Virus record (IMG/VR): IMGVR_UViG_3300025840_003418
Location: 1 to 64,000 of that record
Origin: a virus
DNA: 64,000 nucleotides
Reading direction: 5' to 3' (one strand)
Both the position numbers and the translations under genes were made by a program. The notes beneath the pieces are model-generated. The model saw only the letters and a list, made by a program, of their open reading frames with translations. It was not told the origin of the DNA and ran no database searches. Shown piece by piece: positions 47,671 to 57,380 of this stretch (the first letter of the stretch is position 1; every line of letters starts with the position of its first letter).

Positions 47671-48372
47671 ATGATACAATATATTGGTAATTATGCAGAT
47701 TGGATACCGGATACCTGGTGTAAAGAAGTGTTGTCAAATCCTGGGTTTGAAATGCCAAAACATAGTTTGCGAAATGAAGCAAGATTTAATCCGATACTAC
47801 GTGAATTTATACAAGACATAAGTTACATACATACAAAGGAAGATTATCTAAATATACAAGAACATCTAAACACATTAGATCCTAATGATAAAGCAGTTAA
47901 ACATGCAAAGATACATATAGATTATCTCGATCCGGATCGAGAAATGGGCGAAGAATATGACATGTATACAAACTCAGGATATGATGTATATGCGAATCAT
48001 TTTAGTCTACTAGAAAAATTTGATTTATCATTTGACCTTTTAGACAATCCTCCGCCATTTTTAGACTATAAAGGTAAACACATTACTTGGTGGTTTAGTA
48101 CAATGAAACCAGGAGACTTAATGCCTGTACATACTGATAGAGCAAAACCTGATATACCTATAAATAAATATTGGATGCCTTGGACTGATTACGAACCAGG
48201 ACACATATTTATTATAGGTGATAAAGAAGTTTCTAATTATAAAAAAGGTGATGTGTATAAGTTTGACTACGCAGGTGACTGGCACGGTGCTTGCAATTTA
48301 GGTACAACAAACAGATGTATTTTACAAATAGTAGACTATAAACCTTCAAGGAACATTGATGGAGTTTGTTAA
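47671..48372 (+). CDS. Fe(II)/2OG oxygenase-like, paralog 1
   Basis: PGDLMPVHTD, YWMPW.DYEPGH, HGACNLG..R. Confidence 0.7.
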   Translation: MIQYIGNYADWIPDTWCKEVLSNPGFEMPKHSLRNEARFNPILREFIQDISYIHTKEDYLNIQEHLNTLDPNDKAVKHAKIHIDYLDPDREMGEEYDMYTNSGYDVYANHFSLLEKFDLSFDLLDNPPPFLDYKGKHITWWFSTMKPGDLMPVHTDRAKPDIPINKYWMPWTDYEPGHIFIIGDKEVSNYKKGDVYKFDYAGDWHGACNLGTTNRCILQIVDYKPSRNIDGVC

Positions 48373-48925
48373 AAATTATAAAAACTGGATCAATCCTTCT
48401 TGGATTGAAGAAATAACAAACACACCCGGGTTGTCCGTACCGAAAGACATGTTTCAAAATATAAATATTTTTGAGGAAATTGAAAACGGCAAGCGTGAGC
48501 CGATGGATAAGTCTGAGGAGGAAATTTATAAAGTTTACGGAACTGACTTAGTACAATTTCAACTTTTAGAAAAGGATGGATTAAGTTTTAAAATTGATCC
48601 TCCTTGGATTCAGCCAGATGAAGACTTTACTTGGTGGATAATAAAAATGTATCCCGGACAATATATACCGGTCCATAGAGATAATCCAAGAGGTGACGAC
48701 AAAAACACACGAAGGTATTGGATGCCATTAACAGAATATGACCCAGGACACATATTTGTATACGAAGACATAACCGTAAGCAAATATAATAAAGGTGATC
48801 TATACTTGTATAATGAAACAAAAGCACTACACGGAGCAATAAACATAGGTTCGACTACTCGTATAATATTGCAAGTTTCTGCATATTATAAAAAGGATGA
48901 AGTAAAAAATGAAATACATAGATAA
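48356..48925 (+). CDS. Fe(II)/2OG oxygenase-like, paralog 2
   Basis: PGQYIPVHRD, YDPGH, HGAINIG..R. Confidence 0.7.
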   Translation: MMEFVKNYKNWINPSWIEEITNTPGLSVPKDMFQNINIFEEIENGKREPMDKSEEEIYKVYGTDLVQFQLLEKDGLSFKIDPPWIQPDEDFTWWIIKMYPGQYIPVHRDNPRGDDKNTRRYWMPLTEYDPGHIFVYEDITVSKYNKGDLYLYNETKALHGAINIGSTTRIILQVSAYYKKDEVKNEIHR

Positions 48926-49436
48926 CATGAAGAATTTAGATGTATCTGAAGAAACACTCGATACTTGGAGAAAATTAATTTTAGAAAACGAAGGATTGCA
49001 TAGGCCGAGAGACGGAGGAAAGCCGCAGGGACCTGAAGGAGAAAAAGAGTGGCAAAAAGCAATCGATGCTGGATATGATCCAACAGCTACTTACTTTCAA
49101 ATGTTTGATAAAAACAATTGTCCTTTTGATTTACCAGAATTCCATAAATGTGGAAGATCAAGACACTGGTGGTTAACAAAAATGATGCCAGGAGACTTTA
49201 TGCCGATGCATGTTGACCCGCACACTACTGTACAAAAAAATGCTCAGAGATTTTGGATCCCTTTACAAGATTGGGAAATAGGACATATATTTAAGTTTCA
49301 AGATGAAATAGTAACAAACTATAAAAAGGGTGATATATACGAATACGACGATGCACAAGGTCTACACGGAGCAGCAAATATAGGTTTAACACCTCGTGTA
49401 GTTTTACAAGTAACATTATATGAGGAAGAACAATGA
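48909..49436 (+). CDS. Fe(II)/2OG oxygenase-like, paralog 3
   Basis: PGDFMPMHVD, HGAANIG..R. Confidence 0.7.
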   Translation: MKYIDNMKNLDVSEETLDTWRKLILENEGLHRPRDGGKPQGPEGEKEWQKAIDAGYDPTATYFQMFDKNNCPFDLPEFHKCGRSRHWWLTKMMPGDFMPMHVDPHTTVQKNAQRFWIPLQDWEIGHIFKFQDEIVTNYKKGDIYEYDDAQGLHGAANIGLTPRVVLQVTLYEEEQ

Positions 49437-49987
49437 AGTATATAGGAAATTATCGAGACTGGCTACAAGACGAATGGATTGCATATGCTCTCGAGAATGA
49501 AGGCATAGAGCAACCAAAAGCCGAGTTTGTTGATAATGACATTGAAGGTGCAATTGAAAGAGGAGAACGTGCAGAGTTCTGTGATTTTCAAAAAAAGTAC
49601 GGCGATGCAGGTTACGATGTTAAGTCTTTAATGTATTATATATTTGACGGGAGAAACTTTCCATTTGATATAGGTATACCGCCTTGGGTAACTACATACA
49701 AAGATGGAACTAGCGGAACTTATTTTAATCTATTTAAATATAAGCCCGGTCATGTACTTCCTATACACAGCGATAGAACAACAAAGTTTGAAAAAAATTG
49801 TGTACGTTATTGGATGAGTTGGAAAGATTATGAACCTGGTCATATTTTAATATACGATGATAAATTAATTGGGCCATATAAAGCAGGCGATGTATATGAA
49901 TTCGATGATCCATTTGCAATACACGGCGCAGCAAATATAGGGCTATCAGAAAGACTAACGTTTCAATTTACAATATATGATGAGTAA
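49433..49987 (+). CDS. Fe(II)/2OG oxygenase-like, paralog 4
   Basis: PGHVLPIHSD, DYEPGH, HGAANIG..R. Confidence 0.7.
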   Translation: MKYIGNYRDWLQDEWIAYALENEGIEQPKAEFVDNDIEGAIERGERAEFCDFQKKYGDAGYDVKSLMYYIFDGRNFPFDIGIPPWVTTYKDGTSGTYFNLFKYKPGHVLPIHSDRTTKFEKNCVRYWMSWKDYEPGHILIYDDKLIGPYKAGDVYEFDDPFAIHGAANIGLSERLTFQFTIYDE

Positions 49988-50723
49988 ATTATATGTATTT
50001 GGTTGTAGTTATGCCACTGGTGAAGAATTATTAGCACACGAATTATCTATTAACGACTATAGATTAGCAACGTCTGATGATCCACGTAAATTTTTTAAAA
50101 AGTTAGAAACTGAGAATCTACAAGAAGAATACAACGCTATAAAAGAAAAACAAAAACTAATATCTTGGCCGCAATTATTAGCAGATAAACTAAATTTACA
50201 ATGTTGCAATTATGCCGAAAGCGGAAATAGTTTAGATAAAATTGTATATCAAGTTTTTGAAAACAATTATAAGTTTACTAACAATGATATAGTAATTGTC
50301 TCACTCACTAAAGCAACACGCAATGCAATATTTAATAAAACTGTAGAATCTTTTCAGTTACCATCATTATTATGGCCGTACAAAGGTTTATTAGGAGTAA
50401 AAGATACAGGAGATATAAAACCTGTTATTAATGAACAGACTGACAAGGCACTAATAGATTGGTTTTCGGATGACAGAATATCTTGGGATTTTGTCAAAAA
50501 CTTACAAGTATTAGAATACTACAATATAAATATTGTTCCTGCTATGAATAATAATATTATTTCATCTATGCCTATAATATTAGATTTATACGAAAAAAGT
50601 AAATCTAAATTTTTAACAGATAAAGGTTTAGATTTTTTTTGTGAAGAACGACTAGCCTGGGGGCATCCAAATAAAGATGCTCATATAAAATATGCGGAGC
50701 ACTTATATGAAATTTTACGGTAA
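49977..50723 (+). CDS. SGNH hydrolase-like protein
   Basis: VFGCSY, NYAESGNS, GHP..AH. Confidence 0.65.
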   Translation: MMSKLYVFGCSYATGEELLAHELSINDYRLATSDDPRKFFKKLETENLQEEYNAIKEKQKLISWPQLLADKLNLQCCNYAESGNSLDKIVYQVFENNYKFTNNDIVIVSLTKATRNAIFNKTVESFQLPSLLWPYKGLLGVKDTGDIKPVINEQTDKALIDWFSDDRISWDFVKNLQVLEYYNINIVPAMNNNIISSMPIILDLYEKSKSKFLTDKGLDFFCEERLAWGHPNKDAHIKYAEHLYEILR

Positions 50724-51252
50724 TTTTAATCACTTAGTTAAACAAGAATGGATAGATACATTAATTTCTACTAAGGGTATAGAGATTAGTCCTTGGAAAG
50801 ATCATGACGGCAAAGATGATGACGTTGAAATTAATGTAGACCAAACACTAGCCACAGATGATAACCAAGCCGATATGTTTACTAATGGTCCGTATGGAAA
50901 TAATCTAATCATGGCTGAAATATTTGATAATCGTAACTGTCCTTTTGACTTAGATATGGGCGAGCTTAACAAATATTTACAAGGAGACTGGTGGATAGTA
51001 AAGCAGATGCCGGGACAGTTTATGCCGCTACACAGAGATACTGTAAATGTACACGACAATAATTATAGATTTTGGATGCCATGGAAAGATTATGAACCTG
51101 GGCATGTGTTTATACACGAAAATAAATTTGTTAGCGGATATGCGTCAGGTGACTTGTTTAGGTACGATCAAGACAATGACTTACACGGAAGTGTTAATAT
51201 AGGACTTACACCTAGAATTGTACTTCAAATAAGTCAAAAGGAAATACCTTGA
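50707..51252 (+). CDS. Fe(II)/2OG oxygenase-like, paralog 5
   Basis: PGQFMPLHRD, DYEPGH, HGSVNIG..R. Start at MKFYGN. Confidence 0.7.
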   Translation: MKFYGNFNHLVKQEWIDTLISTKGIEISPWKDHDGKDDDVEINVDQTLATDDNQADMFTNGPYGNNLIMAEIFDNRNCPFDLDMGELNKYLQGDWWIVKQMPGQFMPLHRDTVNVHDNNYRFWMPWKDYEPGHVFIHENKFVSGYASGDLFRYDQDNDLHGSVNIGLTPRIVLQISQKEIP

Positions 51253-52046
51253 TTGAAGATTTAAAACAAATAATAGTTGATAAATGTTATACCTTTGATA
51301 ACTGGACAAAAACATTTGACGAGTTTGTAAAACAAAATCCAAGAGATTCTATTACTAAGCTTTACATATATAAAGATAGACCTGATTATTGTGTGTGGGA
51401 CATAACCGATGAGGAAATAAAAACAATTAGCTATAGATATGTTCATTGTCTAAAAGTTAACGGAGACATGCATTGTTTGCAAGAATACCATCCTAATAAA
51501 ATTAGGGGTATTTCAAATTATCAAAAGTTAGATCCCATGCCTGAATTTCCTACATTAAAAAATTACTCATCTGTTCAAATAGAAGGTGAACAATATATCT
51601 ATACTTATTTTAGTAGCCCAGGCGAGTTAGGTTATCCGCCGCCTTATATGTTATTTAATATAATGACGAATAGTAATAATGTTGTTGAAGACTTTAAATC
51701 ATATATTAAAAAAGTAGTCGATGCATATTATAACTTAGGAGTACAATGTAAACAAAAGAATCTTGCATATTACAGTCCAAATCATGTTTTAGTAAACCAC
51801 TTTGTAAATGAAAATTTTTATTTTAAAGATAGTGTATTCTTTGAAGTCGATACAGCGTTAGACTTAGATAATGCAGCCGAATTTTGGAAATCAAGCATTA
51901 ACGGATTTCGCAGAGCCGAAGGTATAATCAATGCATATAGATCTAGAACAGATTACAGTTTAGAGACAGAACGATTATTATTTGATACTATAAAAAATTT
52001 AAGCGAATACGGAAAAGAAAAATGTCTAAATTTAAAGAATGTTTAA
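51249..52046 (+). CDS. Hypothetical protein
   Basis: 265 aa ORF with a TTGA overlap. No recognisable motif. Confidence 0.65.
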   Translation: MIEDLKQIIVDKCYTFDNWTKTFDEFVKQNPRDSITKLYIYKDRPDYCVWDITDEEIKTISYRYVHCLKVNGDMHCLQEYHPNKIRGISNYQKLDPMPEFPTLKNYSSVQIEGEQYIYTYFSSPGELGYPPPYMLFNIMTNSNNVVEDFKSYIKKVVDAYYNLGVQCKQKNLAYYSPNHVLVNHFVNENFYFKDSVFFEVDTALDLDNAAEFWKSSINGFRRAEGIINAYRSRTDYSLETERLLFDTIKNLSEYGKEKCLNLKNV

Positions 52047-52219
52047 GTTACATAAGTCACTGGAAAGATGGCAAGAAGATAGTTCAACTTGAAACAAGTT
52101 TGTATATTTTTGCCGAATCGCAAAGTACAGGATCTCATACTTGGTACGATCATACTATTTGGTCATGGCAAGGAAAAGATATTAAAATTGAAGAGGTTGG
52201 TATTCATCCAAATGAATAA
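52022..52219 (+). CDS. Small hypothetical protein
   Basis: 65 aa, last gene of the operon. Confidence 0.45.
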   Translation: MSKFKECLSYISHWKDGKKIVQLETSLYIFAESQSTGSHTWYDHTIWSWQGKDIKIEEVGIHPNE

Positions 52220-53160
52220 GTAGGCATTGCTCTATACTCACCGTTAACTTTTACTTTAACAAATTTTACATCTTCTAAGTTAACATTTTTTACTTCTTCT
52301 ACGTTTAACTCTAAATTTTCATTTATTACACTACCGTAATTAGTAGTAAGTGTGCCATTACTACTAATCTTTACTGCAACCTTTGGTTCACCGAATGGTT
52401 CTAATCTAGTAACCCAGTTCATACTTGTAGGTAAATATCCCTCACCCGGATCGTCATCTATAATTGCAGTTTGAGCCATTCCCCATTCCCATGGTTCATC
52501 TGATGATTTTCCCATCCAGTCAAATGCATATATGAAGTCACCATTTTTTAAAGATTCAGGATTATCGGGTGTACCTCGAAATCTGTTAAAAGTAGTCCAC
52601 CCAGCTTTTAATGGATTGTTATCATAACTTTCAAAACGCATAGCAGGTTGTTTAAAGTTTCCTGTTTGTGCAATAAGTATACCTGTGCTAGTTGTGTTTA
52701 TTGTTATAGGGACCGGATAACTAAAATCTGTTCCTCCGGAAAGCCACCAAGGTTTTGATTTATCACGTTGCGCCACACTATTAAGAGTGTGTTCTATTAT
52801 AATTCCTTTTGGTTTAATAATACCTTTAGAATTTATTGTAACAAAGTCTCCTGTTGCAACACTGTTAATAGATCCTAATAAAAGTTCTGCATCTATAGTT
52901 TTTTGCCCAAAACTAGGAGTTTCACTTGCTATTGCACTTATAAATGCAGCATTTCCATAAGGTTCGCCAGCAGCGCCTGTATATGCGTTAAACTTTAAAG
53001 TACCTAATTGATCTCCTTGCTGTACTATCTGGGGATTTTCATGAGTGCCGCGGGCTGCTCCAATTTTTATACTAGGTTGATTTTTCTTAAACCCACTAGT
53101 AAGTCCTTTTACGAAAAGAGGTGTATTGTTACCATCTGTTTCTATAATATGTTCTATCAT
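52204..53160 (-). CDS. Fibre-like beta-rich protein
   Basis: Two RGT..P.....GD....F..Y/M.G modules also present in the 29746 fibre. C-terminal VKVNGEYRAMPTY. Confidence 0.6.
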   Translation of the reverse strand: MIEHIIETDGNNTPLFVKGLTSGFKKNQPSIKIGAARGTHENPQIVQQGDQLGTLKFNAYTGAAGEPYGNAAFISAIASETPSFGQKTIDAELLLGSINSVATGDFVTINSKGIIKPKGIIIEHTLNSVAQRDKSKPWWLSGGTDFSYPVPITINTTSTGILIAQTGNFKQPAMRFESYDNNPLKAGWTTFNRFRGTPDNPESLKNGDFIYAFDWMGKSSDEPWEWGMAQTAIIDDDPGEGYLPTSMNWVTRLEPFGEPKVAVKISSNGTLTTNYGSVINENLELNVEEVKNVNLEDVKFVKVKVNGEYRAMPTYSFG

Positions 53161-53813
53161 AATTCTCCCCAGACTATTATCATTCCAAAACCATCTAATG
53201 CAGAAGGTTGATATTCAACATTTAAGTCTAAACCAAGATTATATAATTGTCCTTGTACTTCTTCTTTAGTAAATGCAGCATGTAAACTATTATAAAAGTC
53301 ATTTTGAAAATATCTCGATTCGTTACTACTATAATATTCTACAACTTTACTCGGACTTGTTTTAGGTCTTGCTAAATCAATTACTAGTACACTTGTGCCT
53401 TTTTTAGAATGATGTTTTAAGGTAATCCAAAAGTCCTTAGGATTGTGAAAATGATGCAAACTATTTACGCATACTATAAGATCATATTTTTTATCAGTGA
53501 TAAAAGGTAAATGTAAATTATGCAGTTGAATACAATGATCTAAACCGCTTTCTTCTATATTTGTTTTTGCAATATCTAGCATAGGAGACGAACCATCAAT
53601 TGCATCAATTTGACAGTATAACATTTCTGCTAGGTCTATTGTGTACTGGGCAGGCCCGCAACACAAATCTAAAACATTATTAAACGTTTTAGGACTAAAA
53701 TAGTCGTCTAGTAATTTTAAAAATAATTTTCGTGTAGGAGTTTTATCTGCTTCTGCAAATGCTTTTACACTATAATCTTTAAGCATCAATTGGGGTTCTA
53801 AACGCCGCTGCAT
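53157..53813 (-). CDS. Class I SAM-dependent methyltransferase
   Basis: VLDLCCGPA, IDGS..ML..A, YDLIV..NSLHH, DL.RP. Confidence 0.88.
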   Translation of the reverse strand: MQRRLEPQLMLKDYSVKAFAEADKTPTRKLFLKLLDDYFSPKTFNNVLDLCCGPAQYTIDLAEMLYCQIDAIDGSSPMLDIAKTNIEESGLDHCIQLHNLHLPFITDKKYDLIVCVNSLHHFHNPKDFWITLKHHSKKGTSVLVIDLARPKTSPSKVVEYYSSNESRYFQNDFYNSLHAAFTKEEVQGQLYNLGLDLNVEYQPSALDGFGMIIVWGEL

Positions 53814-54415
53814 ATATTTGCACCAATCATTATTCGTTGTTCAGTTGATTTATTAGGAAGCGTTTTATGATTTAACCATCCTGGAAATAATACAATATCA
53901 CCTGTTTCTGCATTTATTTCATTTTCAAAAAGTGTATGATATGTTTCTTTATCAATGCTATAAGGTTGGTGTTTGAGTAACGTAGATAAAGGATTTTCAA
54001 ATACAAGATTACTATTGTTTAATTGTTTTTTTATATAAAAACTACAAGTTGTAACCATAGGAGAGTGATTATGTAAATCTATATGGCTATCCGTGTTGTA
54101 AATGTTAAACCACATTTCTTTTATAATAGGAATATATTTTGAATTAAATCCGCAATTTTTCCAATATTCTTTACAACTATTTGTAATAAATTCTACTACA
54201 TCAGAAAACCTTGGATCGTATTGTAAATCTCTTTTATGGACGTAAGAACATATACCATTGCCTCTCATTGATCCTTGATTGTTCTTTAATACTTGATCGA
54301 AATTCACTACTTCAAAGAGCACACTTTCTATATCTTTTATACTTTTATTGTATCTTGCTTTATATATTTTAGTTGCAAAGATGTCAATGTCGAATGTCTC
54401 GGATTGTAGGTTCAT
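53798..54415 (-). CDS. Fe(II)/2OG oxygenase (TIGR02466-like)
   Basis: MWFN, HNH, FENP, GDIVLFPGWLNH, R..I..N. Confidence 0.8.
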   Translation of the reverse strand: MNLQSETFDIDIFATKIYKARYNKSIKDIESVLFEVVNFDQVLKNNQGSMRGNGICSYVHKRDLQYDPRFSDVVEFITNSCKEYWKNCGFNSKYIPIIKEMWFNIYNTDSHIDLHNHSPMVTTCSFYIKKQLNNSNLVFENPLSTLLKHQPYSIDKETYHTLFENEINAETGDIVLFPGWLNHKTLPNKSTEQRIMIGANICSGV

Positions 54416-54465
54416 ATAAATATTTATATGACGGAAATATCTCTCTATGCTAGGATTGGCAGTTT

Positions 54466-55902
54466 ATGAGCCACGGTCTATTATTCAGTATTACAAGTTT
54501 ACCAACAGTTAGGAGAATGTTAGGTCCTCATCGTGTTGCTTCTTTCTTGCGAGAACAAGAATGGGATATAGAAGTTTTAGATTTTGTAGAGCAATTTAGC
54601 ATCGAAGAAATAAAAGAATACTGTGCTTTACGAATAACCTCGGCAACAAAATTTTGCGGATTTAGTGCATTTTTTGGCGTTTGGACAAAAACTTACGAGT
54701 CTATTACTACCTGGATTAAGGAAACATATCCTGATGTAAAGATAATTTGGGGTAGTCATTCTTATCCTTGGTTTGACTCTAATAGTATAGATTACTATGT
54801 TGTAGGTTACGGAGAAAATGCAATAGTAAAACTTTTATCAAATAGCGAAGTAAAATTTGATGAAAGATTTAAAGATAAAAAAGTTGTTTCTGCATTAGAT
54901 GTTTACACATCATACCCAATGAAGTCTCTTAATGTTATATACCAAGATAGAGATTTTATAGAATCCTGGGAGTGGTTAAGTATAGAACTATCTCGTGGAT
55001 GCAAATTTAAATGTAAATTTTGTAATTTTCCTATACTAGGAGTCAGAAGCGATTATAGTAGGGATGCCGAAGACTTTGGTGTGCAACTAAAGGATGCCTA
55101 CGAAAGATTTGGTGTAACTAATTATTATGTTGCTGACGAAACTTTTAATGATAGTACAGACAAATTAGAAAAATTTGCAAGTGTTGCCGATACACTAAAA
55201 TTTAAACCTAGAATGCACGGATTTATAAGAGCTGATTTATTAGTAGCGCAAAAGCAACAGTGGGAACCTTTAAATAGGTTAGGGTTTTATGGCCACTACT
55301 ACGGGGTTGAAACATTTAATCAAAAATCTGGTAGTAGTATTGGCAAAGGAATGCATCCTGATAAATTAAAAAATGGCTTGCTAGAAGCACGGGAATGGTT
55401 TAAGTCGAATGACACTTATCGAGGAGTAATAAGTTTAATATGCGGATTGCCACATGAAAGCATAGACTCATTTAATGCAGGAGTAGATTGGTGCTACGAT
55501 AATTGGAAGGGAGAAAATACAACTATATTTTCTTTAGATATTCCTACTGACGATAAGGATGTAAAATTGTCGTACATATCTCTTAACTATGAAAAATTAG
55601 GCTATAGAGAAGCAACAGTACCTTATCATAAAAATATAGAACAAAACTTTGGGTACGGTCGATCTTTACTAAATTGGGAAAACGATTATATGAATTTAGA
55701 AACTGCCGATGAAATTGTTAGTATAGCAAATAAAAGAATTTCATCAGTAAATGGTATAAATATGTGGCAGTTCGGAGATTACGGATTAGTTACAGATGAT
55801 CTAAATAAGATATCAAAATTAAATAAAAGTTCTAACCCTAGTCCGAATAGAGAATTAGAATCATTTTACGAAAGATATAAACGGAATAAAATAAACTTAT
55901 GA
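54466..55902 (+). CDS. B12-binding-domain radical SAM, tandem paralog 1
   Basis: LGPHRVA, GYGE, SRGCKFKCKFC, DETFN, GVET, GLP. Confidence 0.85.
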   Translation: MSHGLLFSITSLPTVRRMLGPHRVASFLREQEWDIEVLDFVEQFSIEEIKEYCALRITSATKFCGFSAFFGVWTKTYESITTWIKETYPDVKIIWGSHSYPWFDSNSIDYYVVGYGENAIVKLLSNSEVKFDERFKDKKVVSALDVYTSYPMKSLNVIYQDRDFIESWEWLSIELSRGCKFKCKFCNFPILGVRSDYSRDAEDFGVQLKDAYERFGVTNYYVADETFNDSTDKLEKFASVADTLKFKPRMHGFIRADLLVAQKQQWEPLNRLGFYGHYYGVETFNQKSGSSIGKGMHPDKLKNGLLEAREWFKSNDTYRGVISLICGLPHESIDSFNAGVDWCYDNWKGENTTIFSLDIPTDDKDVKLSYISLNYEKLGYREATVPYHKNIEQNFGYGRSLLNWENDYMNLETADEIVSIANKRISSVNGINMWQFGDYGLVTDDLNKISKLNKSSNPSPNRELESFYERYKRNKINL

Positions 55903-57380
55903 ATAAATGTATAATTTTTAGCGTTCATCGTGCCGGAACACATCGTCCTTTAGGTCCTCATAGAATATGTACATTTCTAAGACAAGAAGGATGGGATGCA
56001 GAAGTTGTAGATTATTCTTACTATTTTACTTTAGACGAACTAAAAAGTTTAGTTGAAAATAGAATGGACGAAAACATAAAGTTTTTTGGTTTCGGAGCAT
56101 GGTTCGGAACATGGCCCGATGAAATAGTAACATTTACAGTATGGCTTAAAGAAACTTACCCGCACATTCCTTTAGTATATGGTAGTATGTCTTCTCCTCA
56201 CACAAGAGAATCACCTATAGATTATTATAGTGTAGGATACGGCGAAGAGTCTATATTAGAAATTGTAAAGGACATTTTAGGAAAACCATGTAATTTAAAA
56301 TTTTCTCCTAGATGGAAAGGCAAAGAAGTTATTGACGCTAATGAAGACTATCCTGCATGGCCTAGGAAGACGTATGCAGCATACTACGAAGATAGAGACT
56401 TTTTAGAGGAATGGGAATGGCTTACTATAGAGTTGTCAAGAGGTTGTAAATTTAAATGTCAATTCTGTAATTTTCCCATTCTAGGTATTAAAGAAGATCA
56501 TAGTATAAGTGCAGAAAATTTTAGAAAACAAATTGAAGATGCTTATAATAGATTTGGCATTACGAATTATTACATTGCTGACGAAACAATAAATCAAGAT
56601 AAAGAAATGATGAGAAAGTTTGCAAATGTTGCAAACACTTGGGATTTTAAATTACAAGCACATGGATTTATGCGAGCTGATTTAATGATTGCACAACCCG
56701 ATACTTGGCAAATGATGGTTGATACTGGAATTACCGGTCATCATTATGGCATAGAAACTTTTAATCGAAAGTCAGGTGCTACTATAGGTAAAGGAATGAA
56801 AACTGAAAAATTACAAGAAGGCTTAATAAAAATTAAAGATTATTTTAGGGCTAATAGTATTTATAGAGGTCATATTAGTATGATTGTTGGACTACCGTAT
56901 GAATCTAAAGAAACTTTTTGGAAAGGTGTAGACTGGTTAAAAGAGAATTGGGCAGGTGAATTCTCTGCATTTAACAGACTAGAAATTCCTTTACCTACTG
57001 GTGATGCAAAGCCGAGTTTATTTACACGAAGTTGGAAGGATATGGGTTACCGAGATAGAAAGACAAAGTTACAAAGCGGAACTGAACAAAAGAAGTTACT
57101 GACTATGGGCGGTGGTATGTTTACTGAAGACTTGTTAGACTGGGAAAATGATTATATGGATATAGAATGGGCTATATGGGCAATGGGGGAAGCATACCGT
57201 GTTTTAAAACCCACAAACGGTGTAGGTTCTTGGCACTTTAGCGATTATAGTTTACTTTTGAAAAATGATAATAGGGCTATATCTAAAATAATAAAATCAG
57301 ATTTACACCATAACCAAAACGGTGTTGTTGATGCATTTTACGAAAGATATAAAAAGAAAAAAATAGCCTGGGGAACATAA
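55899..57380 (+). CDS. B12-binding-domain radical SAM, tandem paralog 2
   Basis: LGPHRIC, GYGE, SRGCKFKCQFC, DET, GIET. Confidence 0.85.
   Translation: MNKCIIFSVHRAGTHRPLGPHRICTFLRQEGWDAEVVDYSYYFTLDELKSLVENRMDENIKFFGFGAWFGTWPDEIVTFTVWLKETYPHIPLVYGSMSSPHTRESPIDYYSVGYGEESILEIVKDILGKPCNLKFSPRWKGKEVIDANEDYPAWPRKTYAAYYEDRDFLEEWEWLTIELSRGCKFKCQFCNFPILGIKEDHSISAENFRKQIEDAYNRFGITNYYIADETINQDKEMMRKFANVANTWDFKLQAHGFMRADLMIAQPDTWQMMVDTGITGHHYGIETFNRKSGATIGKGMKTEKLQEGLIKIKDYFRANSIYRGHISMIVGLPYESKETFWKGVDWLKENWAGEFSAFNRLEIPLPTGDAKPSLFTRSWKDMGYRDRKTKLQSGTEQKKLLTMGGGMFTEDLLDWENDYMDIEWAIWAMGEAYRVLKPTNGVGSWHFSDYSLLLKNDNRAISKIIKSDLHHNQNGVVDAFYERYKKKKIAWGT

Noticed and set aside
52022-52219. 65-aa ORF as a RiPP precursor peptide
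   Set aside because: There is no leader/core organisation, repeat or cleavage motif, and no peptidase or transporter nearby. It cannot be supported from the sequence.
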